Source: a virus (lineage: Duplodnaviria > Heunggongvirae > Uroviricota > Caudoviricetes). From it: a stretch of DNA of 64,000 nt. Below, in pieces: positions 39,312 to 48,160 of the stretch (position 1 is the stretch's first letter; every line of letters starts with the position of its first letter). The notes beneath the pieces are model-generated. The model did no database searches and was not told the origin of the DNA. It worked only from the letters and a program-made list of their open reading frames with translations. Where the stretch lies: IMG/VR virus record IMGVR_UViG_3300013102_000004, positions 70,630-134,629 of that record; one strand, 5' to 3'. The position numbers were made by a program, and so were the translations under genes.

Positions 39312-40748
39312 TTGATTGATGCTTACAAGTATGGACACGCAAAGCAGTATCCTGAGGGAACTGAGTTTGTTTACTCCAACTTCACCCCGCGTGGATCACG
39401 CATTGAGGGTATTGACGAGGTAGTCTTTTTGGGACTACAGGCGTTCATTGACGATCTAACTCAGTCCTACGAGGATGGGTTCTTCAGTCAAGATATTGAT
39501 CAAATTGTTGCCGAGTTCGAAAAGAATACGCTAGAGATTCTTGGACCGAACAACGTTGGCTCTGATCACTGGCGCAAGCTTCACAAGCTGGGTTACTTGC
39601 CACTTAAATTTAAGGCTCTTCCAGAAGGTACTTCTGTACCTCTGAAGGTTCCTGTATTTACTGTGGAAAATACCCACAAGGATTTCTACTGGTTGCCCAA
39701 CTACATTGAGTCTCTTTTGAGTGCTGCGATTTGGTTGCCGTGTACCAGTGCCACTACGGCCAAGCGTATGCGAAAGTTGCTTGACGAGTGGGCAATTAAG
39801 ACGACAGGCAGCAATGCCGGTGTAGAGTTCCAGGGCCATGATTTCAGTTTCCGTGGTATGGGTTCTCTTGAAGAGGCCGCTGCCAGTGGTGCGGGTCACC
39901 TTGCAAGTTTTGTTGGTTCTGATACCATCATTGCAAAGGAATGGATCAAGGAACACTACGGAGCAACAGAGCCGATTCTGTTGTCTGTGACTGCAACTGA
40001 GCACTCTGTAATGTGTGCCGGTGGTGATGGTCCGGGAGAGGAACAGGAAACCTATGCTCGTCTTATGCGTACTTATCCTTCTGGCATCTTGGCTGTGGTT
40101 TCTGATACGTGGGATTTGTGGAACGTCCTTACGGTCATTCTACCCAATCTCAAAGATCAGATCATGGCTCGGGATGGAAAGCTAGTTATCCGTCCTGATA
40201 GTGGAAACCCAGTTGATATTTTGTGTGGAACTGGTGGAGACACACCGGCAGGCAAGGGAGTTATCGAACTCCTATGGGACTTGCTTGGAGGTACGGTTAA
40301 TGAACAGGGATACAAGGTAATTGATTCTCACGGCGGCGCGATTTACGGCGACAGCATTACTTTTGATCGTGCTCATGATATTTGTAAGCGTCTTGCTGAT
40401 AAAGGATTCGCTAGTACAAATGTTGTGTTCGGCATTGGAAGCTACACGTACCGTTACGTCACGCGTGACACGTTCGGGTTTGCAATGAAGGCAACTGCTG
40501 TTACGATCAATGGCAAGGAACGTGCTATTTTCAAAGACCCAATCACTGATTCGGGTGAAAAGAAATCGGCTCGTGGTCGTATGGTAGTGCAGCGTAAAGA
40601 CGGAAAGCTGAAGCTTCTGGATAATCTTAATCTTGGAGAACAGCGTGCTTTGTCGGAGCACGATCAGCTAAGGCCTGTCTGGATTGACGGACAGTTCGTC
40701 CACAGGACAACTTTCGATACAATTCGTGAGCGAGTGGCTCGGTCGTAG
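39312..40748 (+). CDS. nadV: Nicotinamide phosphoribosyltransferase-like protein (NAMPT / NARP1 Namat-like)
   Basis: DAYKYGH, YSNFTPR, HDFSFRG, SFVGSDT, ATEHSVM, VSDTWD, IRPDSG, IYGDSI, FGIGS, KKSARG. Confidence 0.93.
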   Translation: MIDAYKYGHAKQYPEGTEFVYSNFTPRGSRIEGIDEVVFLGLQAFIDDLTQSYEDGFFSQDIDQIVAEFEKNTLEILGPNNVGSDHWRKLHKLGYLPLKFKALPEGTSVPLKVPVFTVENTHKDFYWLPNYIESLLSAAIWLPCTSATTAKRMRKLLDEWAIKTTGSNAGVEFQGHDFSFRGMGSLEEAAASGAGHLASFVGSDTIIAKEWIKEHYGATEPILLSVTATEHSVMCAGGDGPGEEQETYARLMRTYPSGILAVVSDTWDLWNVLTVILPNLKDQIMARDGKLVIRPDSGNPVDILCGTGGDTPAGKGVIELLWDLLGGTVNEQGYKVIDSHGGAIYGDSITFDRAHDICKRLADKGFASTNVVFGIGSYTYRYVTRDTFGFAMKATAVTINGKERAIFKDPITDSGEKKSARGRMVVQRKDGKLKLLDNLNLGEQRALSEHDQLRPVWIDGQFVHRTTFDTIRERVARS

Positions 40749-40755
40749 CACATTG

Positions 40756-40782
40756 GCGGGTATACAAGTGATACCCGCTTTT
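40756..40782 (+). terminator. Terminator after NAMPT
   Basis: GCGGGTAT/ATACCCGC followed by TTTT. Confidence 0.8.
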
Positions 40783-40798
40783 GTGTTATCATTGAGAG

Positions 40799-41158
40799 AT
40801 GAATAACGTAAGAGTAGTAACGCCAAACGGCGAAATCATCGGTGAGAAGATTCTCGAAACCGAATCCACAATTATCGTCAAGACTGAATCAGGTAGACTG
40901 TCTATTGACAAGACAAACGACGTATTGATATTTGATTATGTCGATCCCGCTAGCTATAGCAAGGGAACCATAGTCAAGATAGGCACGATTTACGGTGAAG
41001 CAGCTTATCTCAAAGCGCGTTCAAATACCTGGCGACTAGTCTGGCAATCCGAAGCTGACGCTAACGAAAACCTGACTATGACCGATACCTTCATGGCCAA
41101 CTCGGTCGTTCTGAGCTTCGATGATTTGTTGAAGCATTATGTTGACAACCCGGCATAG
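40799..41158 (+). CDS. Hypothetical protein
   Basis: 119 aa; TGTTATCAT-6-ATG promoter. Confidence 0.7.
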   Translation: MNNVRVVTPNGEIIGEKILETESTIIVKTESGRLSIDKTNDVLIFDYVDPASYSKGTIVKIGTIYGEAAYLKARSNTWRLVWQSEADANENLTMTDTFMANSVVLSFDDLLKHYVDNPA

Positions 41159-41176
41159 CTCTGATAAGTTCTAGTC

Positions 41177-41467
41177 ATGACCAAGCAAATAGAGAGGCTG
41201 CGCCAAGCCCACAGAGACCTCAAATTAGAACTGTCGTTTTTAGGCGGGCTGGTTGCAGGTAGCATGATCTGTCTGATACTGTGTGTCGTAACAGTCCAGT
41301 ACGTGATGTTCATCGTGTTCTTTGTGATTACTCTCATGCTGGGCATGGCATTGGCCGATGTATGGTTGGACAATGACGGTTCCAGTCGATTGGCAAAACG
41401 TAAACGAGACCTGGAAAGGGCAGAACGTGAAGACCGAAATCCGGGTGATGAGCTACAAGCTGGCTGA
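41177..41467 (+). CDS. Membrane protein (2 TM)
   Basis: Two hydrophobic helices, charged C-terminus. Confidence 0.7.
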   Translation: MTKQIERLRQAHRDLKLELSFLGGLVAGSMICLILCVVTVQYVMFIVFFVITLMLGMALADVWLDNDGSSRLAKRKRDLERAEREDRNPGDELQAG

Positions 41468-41705
41468 GAAACCAGCCAAGTCAGAACGTAAAGCTGATAT
41501 GTCCAGCTTCATCAACACAATAATTCACGATGCTTTCCGAAGAGGTGACAGCCTTAGCTTCAGGCACGTTGCTGATGTTGAAGAGGCTTTTTTCGACGCG
41601 GTTGACGATAATCTGATTCCGGTGCATATGACACATGAATTAGAATCTTTGATGAATGACCTGTATGACTATGCGACGGAGGTTGATAGAAGAAGATGCA
41701 GATAA
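41448..41705 (+). CDS. Hypothetical protein
   Basis: ATG in frame with ORF-track 41358 ORF. Confidence 0.55.
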   Translation: MSYKLAEKPAKSERKADMSSFINTIIHDAFRRGDSLSFRHVADVEEAFFDAVDDNLIPVHMTHELESLMNDLYDYATEVDRRRCR

Positions 41706-41802
41706 GAATAATGACTTACAAGGCACCGATCAAGCAGAGCTTTGCCGAGTACGCCCGCGATAAGCCTTGTGTTAAAACCACATTGCTCGGAGACTACTGT
41801 AG

Positions 41803-41988
41803 GTGTGCCAAGTGCAACCCAGAGTGATGACGTATTCAGAACCTCTGCCTATAGAGAAAAAGCAGAAGCTTGAAGAGCATGATGACCTATTCGAGGGCGT
41901 GTTTACTGGCATGTTCGACTACACACGAAATGACAGATACGAAGACCCGGCTACTGATTATTCGTGGATAAATTTCGAGAGACGATGA
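41803..41988 (+). CDS. Hypothetical protein
   Basis: 61 aa on the coding strand. Confidence 0.45.
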   Translation: MCQVQPRVMTYSEPLPIEKKQKLEEHDDLFEGVFTGMFDYTRNDRYEDPATDYSWINFERR

Positions 41989-42356
41989 CTGACATAAGAG
42001 TGATGGTCTATCAGGAAAGCATTCCCGCCGTTTCGGAAGATCATTTCGAACCGTCCGAGAAAAACAACGTACCTGACTTAACTAAACTCAGTAAGACCCA
42101 GATTGTAGAAGGCTTAACCGGCTGGTACTATACAGGTATGAGTAACAAGTGGGACGTAACGAAATACGTCTACAGTACTCAGGACGGTTCGATAGCGTTT
42201 TCGCACGCAGAGCAAGAAAAACTAATTAGAGACAACATGTGGAAGGCAGATCATAATTTATGGCAATCACCAGTGGCGCAATTGAAGGTAAGTCGCCGGA
42301 AGACAACAGCAGAGAAGAATCGGGACAACCCTTTGCTCAGAAAGACTTTCTCGTAG
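41985..42356 (+). CDS. Hypothetical protein
   Basis: ATGA overlap, 123 aa. Confidence 0.6.
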   Translation: MTDIRVMVYQESIPAVSEDHFEPSEKNNVPDLTKLSKTQIVEGLTGWYYTGMSNKWDVTKYVYSTQDGSIAFSHAEQEKLIRDNMWKADHNLWQSPVAQLKVSRRKTTAEKNRDNPLLRKTFS

Positions 42357-42473
42357 AATACGAGCAGATCATTCGCGGTAGCACCGTCGTACGCGCCGAA
42401 TCGGCAGCAGATGCTCACGGAAATTTCCATATGGCTACTGAAGGTCAAGTTGCTCTGAAGGTCATCAACATTC

Positions 42474-42689
42474 GTGAACTCTGAGCACAAGATGCGCTAC
42501 ATAGTCAGTGAAGACCCGCGCATACAGGTTAAAGTATACGAGCCTACGGGTGTGATCGGAACATGCGAAGCCTGCATCGAATGGCGGGTGGGTTCGGAGA
42601 AGCTTGCATTCAGTAACACAGTATTCAATTGGCTTTTGCAGGCGTGCCGGGTGCATCAGGAGAAACATGAAAAGCACAAAACCAGCTAA
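42474..42689 (+). CDS. Hypothetical Zn-binding protein
   Basis: CEAC...CRVH. Confidence 0.5.
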   Translation: MNSEHKMRYIVSEDPRIQVKVYEPTGVIGTCEACIEWRVGSEKLAFSNTVFNWLLQACRVHQEKHEKHKTS

Positions 42690-42831
42690 GATAATTAGTA
42701 CGTGGAAAAACTTACAGCAATTACGTATAGTTCTATGGACTCATGAAGACGGAATGCCGACGAATAGGGTGGCATTGACCGAGCAAGAACTAGAATTGTT
42801 AACCGGATTTATACGAGACCTAAAGGAATAA
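42667..42831 (+). CDS. Hypothetical protein
   Basis: RBS AGGAG, ends just before vWA gene. Confidence 0.5.
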   Translation: MKSTKPAKIISTWKNLQQLRIVLWTHEDGMPTNRVALTEQELELLTGFIRDLKE

Positions 42832-42832
42832 A

Positions 42833-43651
42833 ATGGGATTTTTCAGCAGCAAAAAGAGTCAGACTACAGCAGAGCTTGCAGCAGAATTTGGGCAGGCTCA
42901 GACACAGACACCGAGCATTGGTGCGGCCAAGACAGTAACACTACGTAAAGAAACGGGTGCTGCGGTCAGTCTGGATAAGATTCAGGCAATCAATAATGTC
43001 GATCTGACCAAGCGTTATCAGAAGGCCGGTTTTGCACTGTCGAAGTTCGGTATGGATGGTGCCCGAGCTAACGTAGTTATGTTATTGGATTTCTCTGGTA
43101 GCATGTACGGAGATTATCAGTCCGGTACTGTGCAGAAGATCGTGGAACGTGCTCTGGCATTCGCTGCCAATATTGACGATGACGGACAGATGCCGATCAT
43201 TCCGTTCGACAACACAATTCATCCTATTATCAATGCCGATCTGTCAAACTTCAGCGGTATCATCAATAGAGAATTGTTTGACGGGCGAAGCATGGGTGGC
43301 ACTCAAATGGCAGCACCGTTGCGACTTGTTAAGCAATTTGCTGAAGCAGCAGAAGACCCGATTTATTTGATCGTGGTCGGAGACGGCAGTCCGTGGGATG
43401 CAGAAGAAACAAAAAACGCCGTGATTGAGCTGGCAAATTATCCAGTGTTCATCAAGTTTCTTAGTGTACGTCCCGTCGATTTTCTGGACGAACTAGACGA
43501 TTTGGACGACAGTCAACGTTTGCTGGATAACGTGGATGCCAAGTCTATTCAGAATCCAGATAGTTTGACTGATATGGAACTGGCAGAAATCATGGCCGAC
43601 GAATGGCTTTCATGGACAGTTGCAGCAACAGCCAAGGGTGTGCTTAAATGA
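42833..43651 (+). CDS. vWA domain protein (TerF-C/Ter-stress type)
   Basis: LDFSGSM (MIDAS DxSxS), IDDDG..PF, MGGT, VVGDGSP, PVFIKF, LDELDDL..RLLDNVD. Confidence 0.88.
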   Translation: MGFFSSKKSQTTAELAAEFGQAQTQTPSIGAAKTVTLRKETGAAVSLDKIQAINNVDLTKRYQKAGFALSKFGMDGARANVVMLLDFSGSMYGDYQSGTVQKIVERALAFAANIDDDGQMPIIPFDNTIHPIINADLSNFSGIINRELFDGRSMGGTQMAAPLRLVKQFAEAAEDPIYLIVVGDGSPWDAEETKNAVIELANYPVFIKFLSVRPVDFLDELDDLDDSQRLLDNVDAKSIQNPDSLTDMELAEIMADEWLSWTVAATAKGVLK

Positions 43652-44022
43652 CCGCAGATAGAGATAAGTTAACCGACGAACTGGATATTGAGTATGCAGA
43701 TTATGCAATGGTTCTGGATAGAGGCGGTCACAGATTCAGTTTGACCACAGCAGAATTAGATGCTGTTCGCAAATGGATTCAGGAACATGTCAGTATAGAA
43801 ATGGTTCCGGTTGTCAAGATCAGCAAGCAGCCTAAGTCTGATACTATTGACGAGATTATGCGCAGTGGCAGAACGATGATGCCTCTGATTGATCCTGGAT
43901 TGAAGGTAACCAATTTGGATCATCCCGCGCAAAAAGAGACAGAGATTATTGTTAAGGCTAATAGAGGTGGCCCGACAATTGATCTGAGAGACAATGTTAG
44001 CAATATCTTTCAGGGACGTTAG
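43648..44022 (+). CDS. Hypothetical protein
   Basis: 124 aa, last gene of the plus-strand block. Confidence 0.65.
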   Translation: MTADRDKLTDELDIEYADYAMVLDRGGHRFSLTTAELDAVRKWIQEHVSIEMVPVVKISKQPKSDTIDEIMRSGRTMMPLIDPGLKVTNLDHPAQKETEIIVKANRGGPTIDLRDNVSNIFQGR

Positions 44023-44209
44023 AGAAGAGAATATTCAAAATTTCTCTTGATTACTGGTTTTCAAAATTGAACATTTTTCATAGTGTATATGATGTGTGCA
44101 TCGGGCACGAAAAATTTTCAATACAGTGCGCACATAGATTTGTCAACCGATTGTGAGATTCAACACAAAGAAAATCATGTGATATGAATCTCATAAAAAA
44201 ACTGAGAAA

Positions 44210-44262
44210 AAGCTTGACCTAAGGGAACTCATATGATCTAAAAATTCCCTTAGGTCAAGCTT
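44210..44262. repeat. Perfect 18-bp inverted repeat between convergent gene blocks
   Basis: AAGCTTGACCTAAGGGAA-17nt-TTCCCTTAGGTCAAGCTT. Confidence 0.95.
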
Positions 44263-44279
44263 AGGTTAGGCTTACATCA
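44261..44279. promoter_or_regulatory. IdeR/DtxR-like operator
   Basis: TTAGGTTAGGCTTACATCA, 17/19 to TWAGGTWAGSCTWACCTWA. Confidence 0.55.
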
Positions 44280-44342
44280 GTCCTACGATGATGCAGAGAA
44301 ACAGAACGAACAGAATGATCTTGCCTAGATTCAAAATTACGA

Positions 44343-44909
44343 TCATTCGGAATCACCGTGAGTTTCCATTGCTGCATCAATTTCGGATACGTCTCCGCCC
44401 GAATCAATTGCAACCGTTCGGTAGGCATCAAGGGTGCGAAGTAACCAAACGATCACTTCCTTTTGATCACTCTTGCTGTCCCACGAATAAACAAACTTCT
44501 GTTCTTCAATATCGAATCGAACAGAATGGATAGCACCATTGGCAGTAACTACCCGTAGCACTCGTGTGCTCTCAGGTGTCAACCCTAGGGCCTCTACGTA
44601 CTCCTCTGTACGTGGGCGACCTGTTCTACCCTGCATGACTGCATTCAACTGAGAGCGCAATACAGGTACCTCTACGGTACGGCGCGCATGATTCACCCTA
44701 CCGAGCCTATCCAACGGACGATGAAACACAGTTGCCACAGTGTCATCAGGTACAGCTACTTCGGGTGATCCTGCATCTAGCCATGCTTGCATGACTGACA
44801 TAGCAGTCTTACCGCGCCACAAGGGAGTGTCATTATTCTCGTTGTGAAAACGTCGTGCGTTGTGGATATCTTCGGGTGAAAAAGTTCGGGTTACCAGTGA
44901 TGCAGTCAT
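44343..44909 (-). CDS. Hypothetical early protein
   Basis: Start set at MTASLVTR with RBS GGAAAG. Confidence 0.7.
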   Translation of the reverse strand: MTASLVTRTFSPEDIHNARRFHNENNDTPLWRGKTAMSVMQAWLDAGSPEVAVPDDTVATVFHRPLDRLGRVNHARRTVEVPVLRSQLNAVMQGRTGRPRTEEYVEALGLTPESTRVLRVVTANGAIHSVRFDIEEQKFVYSWDSKSDQKEVIVWLLRTLDAYRTVAIDSGGDVSEIDAAMETHGDSE

Positions 44910-44997
44910 TTTTTCTTTCCTCTCAGTTGTTTTCATTTGGAGTAAATGAAAATCAGAAAGCATTCACCTCTATAGATAAATGCTTTCCTACTTTCAC

Positions 44998-45309
44998 TTA
45001 TTCGTTGTATTCAAGAATTGCCCAACCCTCTAATATGGTTGGTTCGAATTCTTTTATTCCCTCGTCATCGTTCTCCCACGAATTCGCTACCACTACGTAA
45101 ACACCCGGATGTTCTAGTAATGTGCGCTCTAGTCCACCACCGATGAATTCCGAATTGTGGTATTCGCCAAACACAACCCATTTATCGGAGATGACTTCGG
45201 ACTCAAAGAATTCGGGTGCGTGCAAATCGTTCCTATCAACGATCGAACCATCTTCCAGAATTTCGATCACATGGTCGAATTCCATACGGTCATTTAGATT
45301 CATTTTCAA
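44998..45309 (-). CDS. Hypothetical early protein (acidic)
   Basis: 103 aa, coupled to neighbour. Confidence 0.7.
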   Translation of the reverse strand: MKMNLNDRMEFDHVIEILEDGSIVDRNDLHAPEFFESEVISDKWVVFGEYHNSEFIGGGLERTLLEHPGVYVVVANSWENDDEGIKEFEPTILEGWAILEYNE

Positions 45310-45545
45310 TTTCCGTTCTTGTTTGTTTCCAGTGACGAGACAGAACCTAATGCCATGACCCTTGCAATATCAGCCATGACATAGTTCGGAACTTTTTCTA
45401 CCGCAATAGAGCGATTGTCAGAAGTGACTTCGATTAGCAATCGGTCCGATTCAACCCGAACAGTCCACGAGTACTTACCCGATATTCCAAGGGTAATTTC
45501 GATATTGTTCGGTCCGATCAAAGTATCCCTGTACGCGTGCATCAC
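45306..45545 (-). CDS. Hypothetical early protein
   Basis: 79 aa, ATGA overlaps. Confidence 0.65.
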   Translation of the reverse strand: MMHAYRDTLIGPNNIEITLGISGKYSWTVRVESDRLLIEVTSDNRSIAVEKVPNYVMADIARVMALGSVSSLETNKNGN

Positions 45546-45787
45546 TTAACCTCAATTTCGAATACGGTCACATTCTCGCAACCTGATACGTAGTAATGAA
45601 ATTCGATTTTGCCGTTCCCGAATTCGTCCCGATTGTCGCGGAAGATTCCATAACCCGGAGTCCGGTCTACCTTTTTCTTGAATTCACGTATCCAAGAATT
45701 CAGGGTTGATTTTGCGATTTCCTTCAGTTCGTAGGGTTGCGGTTTGTGCTGTCCGATTGCATGACTTTTGATGACTGTTACTCTCAT
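45542..45787 (-). CDS. Hypothetical early protein
   Basis: RBS GAGAGG before MRVTVIK. Confidence 0.65.
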   Translation of the reverse strand: MRVTVIKSHAIGQHKPQPYELKEIAKSTLNSWIREFKKKVDRTPGYGIFRDNRDEFGNGKIEFHYYVSGCENVTVFEIEVK

Positions 45788-45860
45788 GATTTTTCCTCTC
45801 ATAGACGAATGAACAAACAAGAACGAATAGGGAAATTACGCCCTATTCGAACTTACTTAG

Positions 45861-46259
45861 TCAGTCTTCGAAAATTTCGATTCCGTTGTTATCCTCCGCA
45901 CGGTATCCGTTTGACTCTAGTTCTGATTTGATTTCTTCGATCAAATCATCTAGTTCGTAGTCAACGTTCTCAGGGTCAAGGTAGAAATCTTTTACTTTTT
46001 CTTCCCAGGAATCATGCGGATGGGGAGCGTACTTATCCGCAAACCGAGCAAGAAAAAGATCATTTGATTCCTGACCCAACGAGCCATCCTGAGATTCGAT
46101 GGGTTCCAAATCACACTGAATCGCTCGGTAATGTCCGGGGTCGACTTCGAACAGGACACGCGCTGCATCATAAGAGCACTCTCCGAAGACAATCGGATCA
46201 TGCAATTCGTTGATGAAATCATCGGTGCGGTCATCGCGTCGAACATCGTTGTAAGTCAT
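45861..46259 (-). CDS. Hypothetical early protein (very acidic)
   Basis: 132 aa D/E-rich, RBS AAGGA. Confidence 0.7.
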   Translation of the reverse strand: MTYNDVRRDDRTDDFINELHDPIVFGECSYDAARVLFEVDPGHYRAIQCDLEPIESQDGSLGQESNDLFLARFADKYAPHPHDSWEEKVKDFYLDPENVDYELDDLIEEIKSELESNGYRAEDNNGIEIFED

Positions 46260-46348
46260 TTTTCTATTTCCTTCTGTAGAGTTCGGGTGATCTGATTATC
46301 GAAATAATCATTTGAACGGTTGCGAATTACTCGCAACCGAACAGACAA

Positions 46349-46588
46349 CTACTCGTGTTCGATCCAGAATGTAACCACTAGCGGTTTGTCATCGAGTTGA
46401 TCGAACTTACAGATCAACAAAGAATTCATAGAAAGAACAATTTCTTCCACTCGGTAGTCATCAGCAATAGAGCGAAATTCTCTTACTGCTGATTCGATTG
46501 TCTCGTGTTCTGCCTGATGTACTTGGACAGATTGAACAAAAGTTGTTTCGGTCGGTCCGGTCGTTTCAGTCATTTTGATGACAAACAT
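46349..46588 (-). CDS. Hypothetical early protein
   Basis: Start at MFVIKM just after the upstream stop. Confidence 0.6.
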   Translation of the reverse strand: MFVIKMTETTGPTETTFVQSVQVHQAEHETIESAVREFRSIADDYRVEEIVLSMNSLLICKFDQLDDKPLVVTFWIEHE

Positions 46589-46590
46589 TT

Positions 46591-46875
46591 TCAGTATCCT
46601 CTGATCGGGTGAATTTCGGACAATTGATAGAGCGTTACGCACACTGTCCGACTGTTGAGTGCTGATGACCATGTAACCCGAGATTCGTTCCTGTTGAAAT
46701 CGGAGACTTGGACGCCAGTCGGATAGTTCGGAGCAATCCACATATCCTGATGAATTGCTTTTTCGAATTCTTCGATTGCTTGCTGATCCGATTCGTAAAA
46801 ATCAATTCGAATCGTTTCCGAATTGAACGGTTTGCCGTTCTCATCGTGCCATTGTTCAAATCGTGTCAGATACAT
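46591..46875 (-). CDS. Hypothetical early protein
   Basis: RBS GAGAGG before MYLTRF. Confidence 0.65.
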   Translation of the reverse strand: MYLTRFEQWHDENGKPFNSETIRIDFYESDQQAIEEFEKAIHQDMWIAPNYPTGVQVSDFNRNESRVTWSSALNSRTVCVTLYQLSEIHPIRGY

Positions 46876-46886
46876 CAGTGATCCTC

Positions 46887-47141
46887 TCACTCAAAGAATA
46901 TTTCAAAAGAAATATTCTTATCCTCGTTGTGTCCTGTGGTCCGGTAGGCAGACTGTTCGATATGACCGATGTTTCCGTGAACGATTTTCCAAGAACCGCC
47001 CCAAACCATTACGGTTTCGCCGATTTTGTTCTGTACCCAATCGCCTACGGGTACCGAGCACTCGTGTTCGAATTCTTCCCGAAATTCCCGTTCTCTCTCA
47101 GTGCCAGAATCAAAAGTGATTCTAATTTCTGCCTGATACAT
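46887..47141 (-). CDS. Hypothetical early protein
   Basis: RBS GGAG-6-ATG (MYQAEI). Confidence 0.6.
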   Translation of the reverse strand: MYQAEIRITFDSGTEREREFREEFEHECSVPVGDWVQNKIGETVMVWGGSWKIVHGNIGHIEQSAYRTTGHNEDKNISFEIFFE

Positions 47142-47143
47142 AA

Positions 47144-47398
47144 CTAGCTCCAATTCCATTGAATCTGGACTGATTCGTTTTTGTTGCTGATCGTAATGGT
47201 TTGGCAAGTAGGCGACTCCGACCGACTGATCAGAACCTCACTTGAGCCATACCGTGTGAAATCGCGGATCGCGTTGTGAATCGCGGCAGAGAAATAATTC
47301 TCCGATTTGGTTCGTTCGTGTTCGGAGAATTCGGTACGAACAACTAGAGGGTTGCCGTTGTTGAATTCGTTTCGATGGATTGATTCGATGGTGAACAT
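47144..47398 (-). CDS. Hypothetical early protein
   Basis: 84 aa, tightly packed. Confidence 0.65.
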   Translation of the reverse strand: MFTIESIHRNEFNNGNPLVVRTEFSEHERTKSENYFSAAIHNAIRDFTRYGSSEVLISRSESPTCQTITISNKNESVQIQWNWS

Positions 47399-47400
47399 TT

Positions 47401-47640
47401 TCAGAAGCTCCCACGTGAGATCGAAATTGCTCGCTGGAAATCAGCCAGATTGTTTCCGATTGTCAGATCATCCAAAATCGGGTTAGCGGGCCGATTTGCT
47501 TTCTTTGTGAAATTCGGAGCAACTGTGTCGGTTGCTTTTACGAGTGTGATTCGGTCGGTTGTCTTGTTGAAAGCAATTGCCAAATTGCAAGCAACCCGAA
47601 CGGGTGAACTTAGGTTGTACTGATTTGCTGTAACGATCAT
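47401..47640 (-). CDS. Hypothetical early protein (first gene of block)
   Basis: 79 aa, RBS GAAGGA. Confidence 0.65.
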   Translation of the reverse strand: MIVTANQYNLSSPVRVACNLAIAFNKTTDRITLVKATDTVAPNFTKKANRPANPILDDLTIGNNLADFQRAISISRGSF

Positions 47641-47674
47641 TTTCGTTTCCTTCTGTTCGATGGGTTAGTGCTCG

Positions 47675-47736
47675 TCCGACTAGAGCGATTTGAACGCTTG
47701 TATCTCACCCGATACTGATGTGAGCTTGCTAGTCGG
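47675..47736 (-). ncRNA. D-armless tRNA-like structure
   Basis: CCGACUAG/CUAGUCGG stem, CUCAC/GUGAG stem, AGCG-UUCAAAU-CGCU T-arm. Confidence 0.5.
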
Positions 47737-47956
47737 TTGTCGTGTTCCCTGTGGAATTATCTAGGGCTGTTACTTCCCTAGGGGCTGTGTGGCATCCACC
47801 ACTCGCAATACTGCTACCCGTCAAAATTTCTCTGTCTGCCTCCACTTGCGCGAGACTTCGAAATTTTCTTTTGCGCCGTTCTTCTGGCACAACAAAAATT
47901 TACCACACCCGATTTTCGACCCTAAGGGATATATAGGTATACCCGTTTGTAAACAT

Positions 47957-48160
47957 GCAGGTCAGAGCGTTTCTCGTCGGCCATTCCGTACCGATTTAAC
48001 TTAAATCTGATTCCATAACAGAATGGTAACAGTGTATAACCGCTGGTCAAAAGGTTGCATAGTCTAACGATAGTCTCAATATGTGAGATTTTGCTATGTT
48101 ACTCGCAAGTAATATGACCGTTAGAATCAATTCTAGTTTTGCATCGTTGCTGGTCAGAGG
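47957..48160 (+). repeat. Three GC(A/T)GGTCA(G/A)AG-like motifs (fourth copy at 56891)
   Basis: 47957 GCAGGTCAGAGC, 48042 GCTGGTCAAAAG, 48149 GCTGGTCAGAGG. Confidence 0.7.

Noticed and set aside
44118-44146. Minus-strand TTGACA-17-TATTGA antisense promoter
   Set aside because: -10 lacks the conserved final T; no downstream ORF or RNA evidence
45035-45055. GGTTCGAATTC T-arm-like text
   Set aside because: Lies within a coding gene; no acceptor or anticodon stems
47676-47736. Hammerhead ribozyme reading (three stems, CTGATG on plus strand)
   Set aside because: No CUGAUGA and GAAA core in the correct positions on either strand
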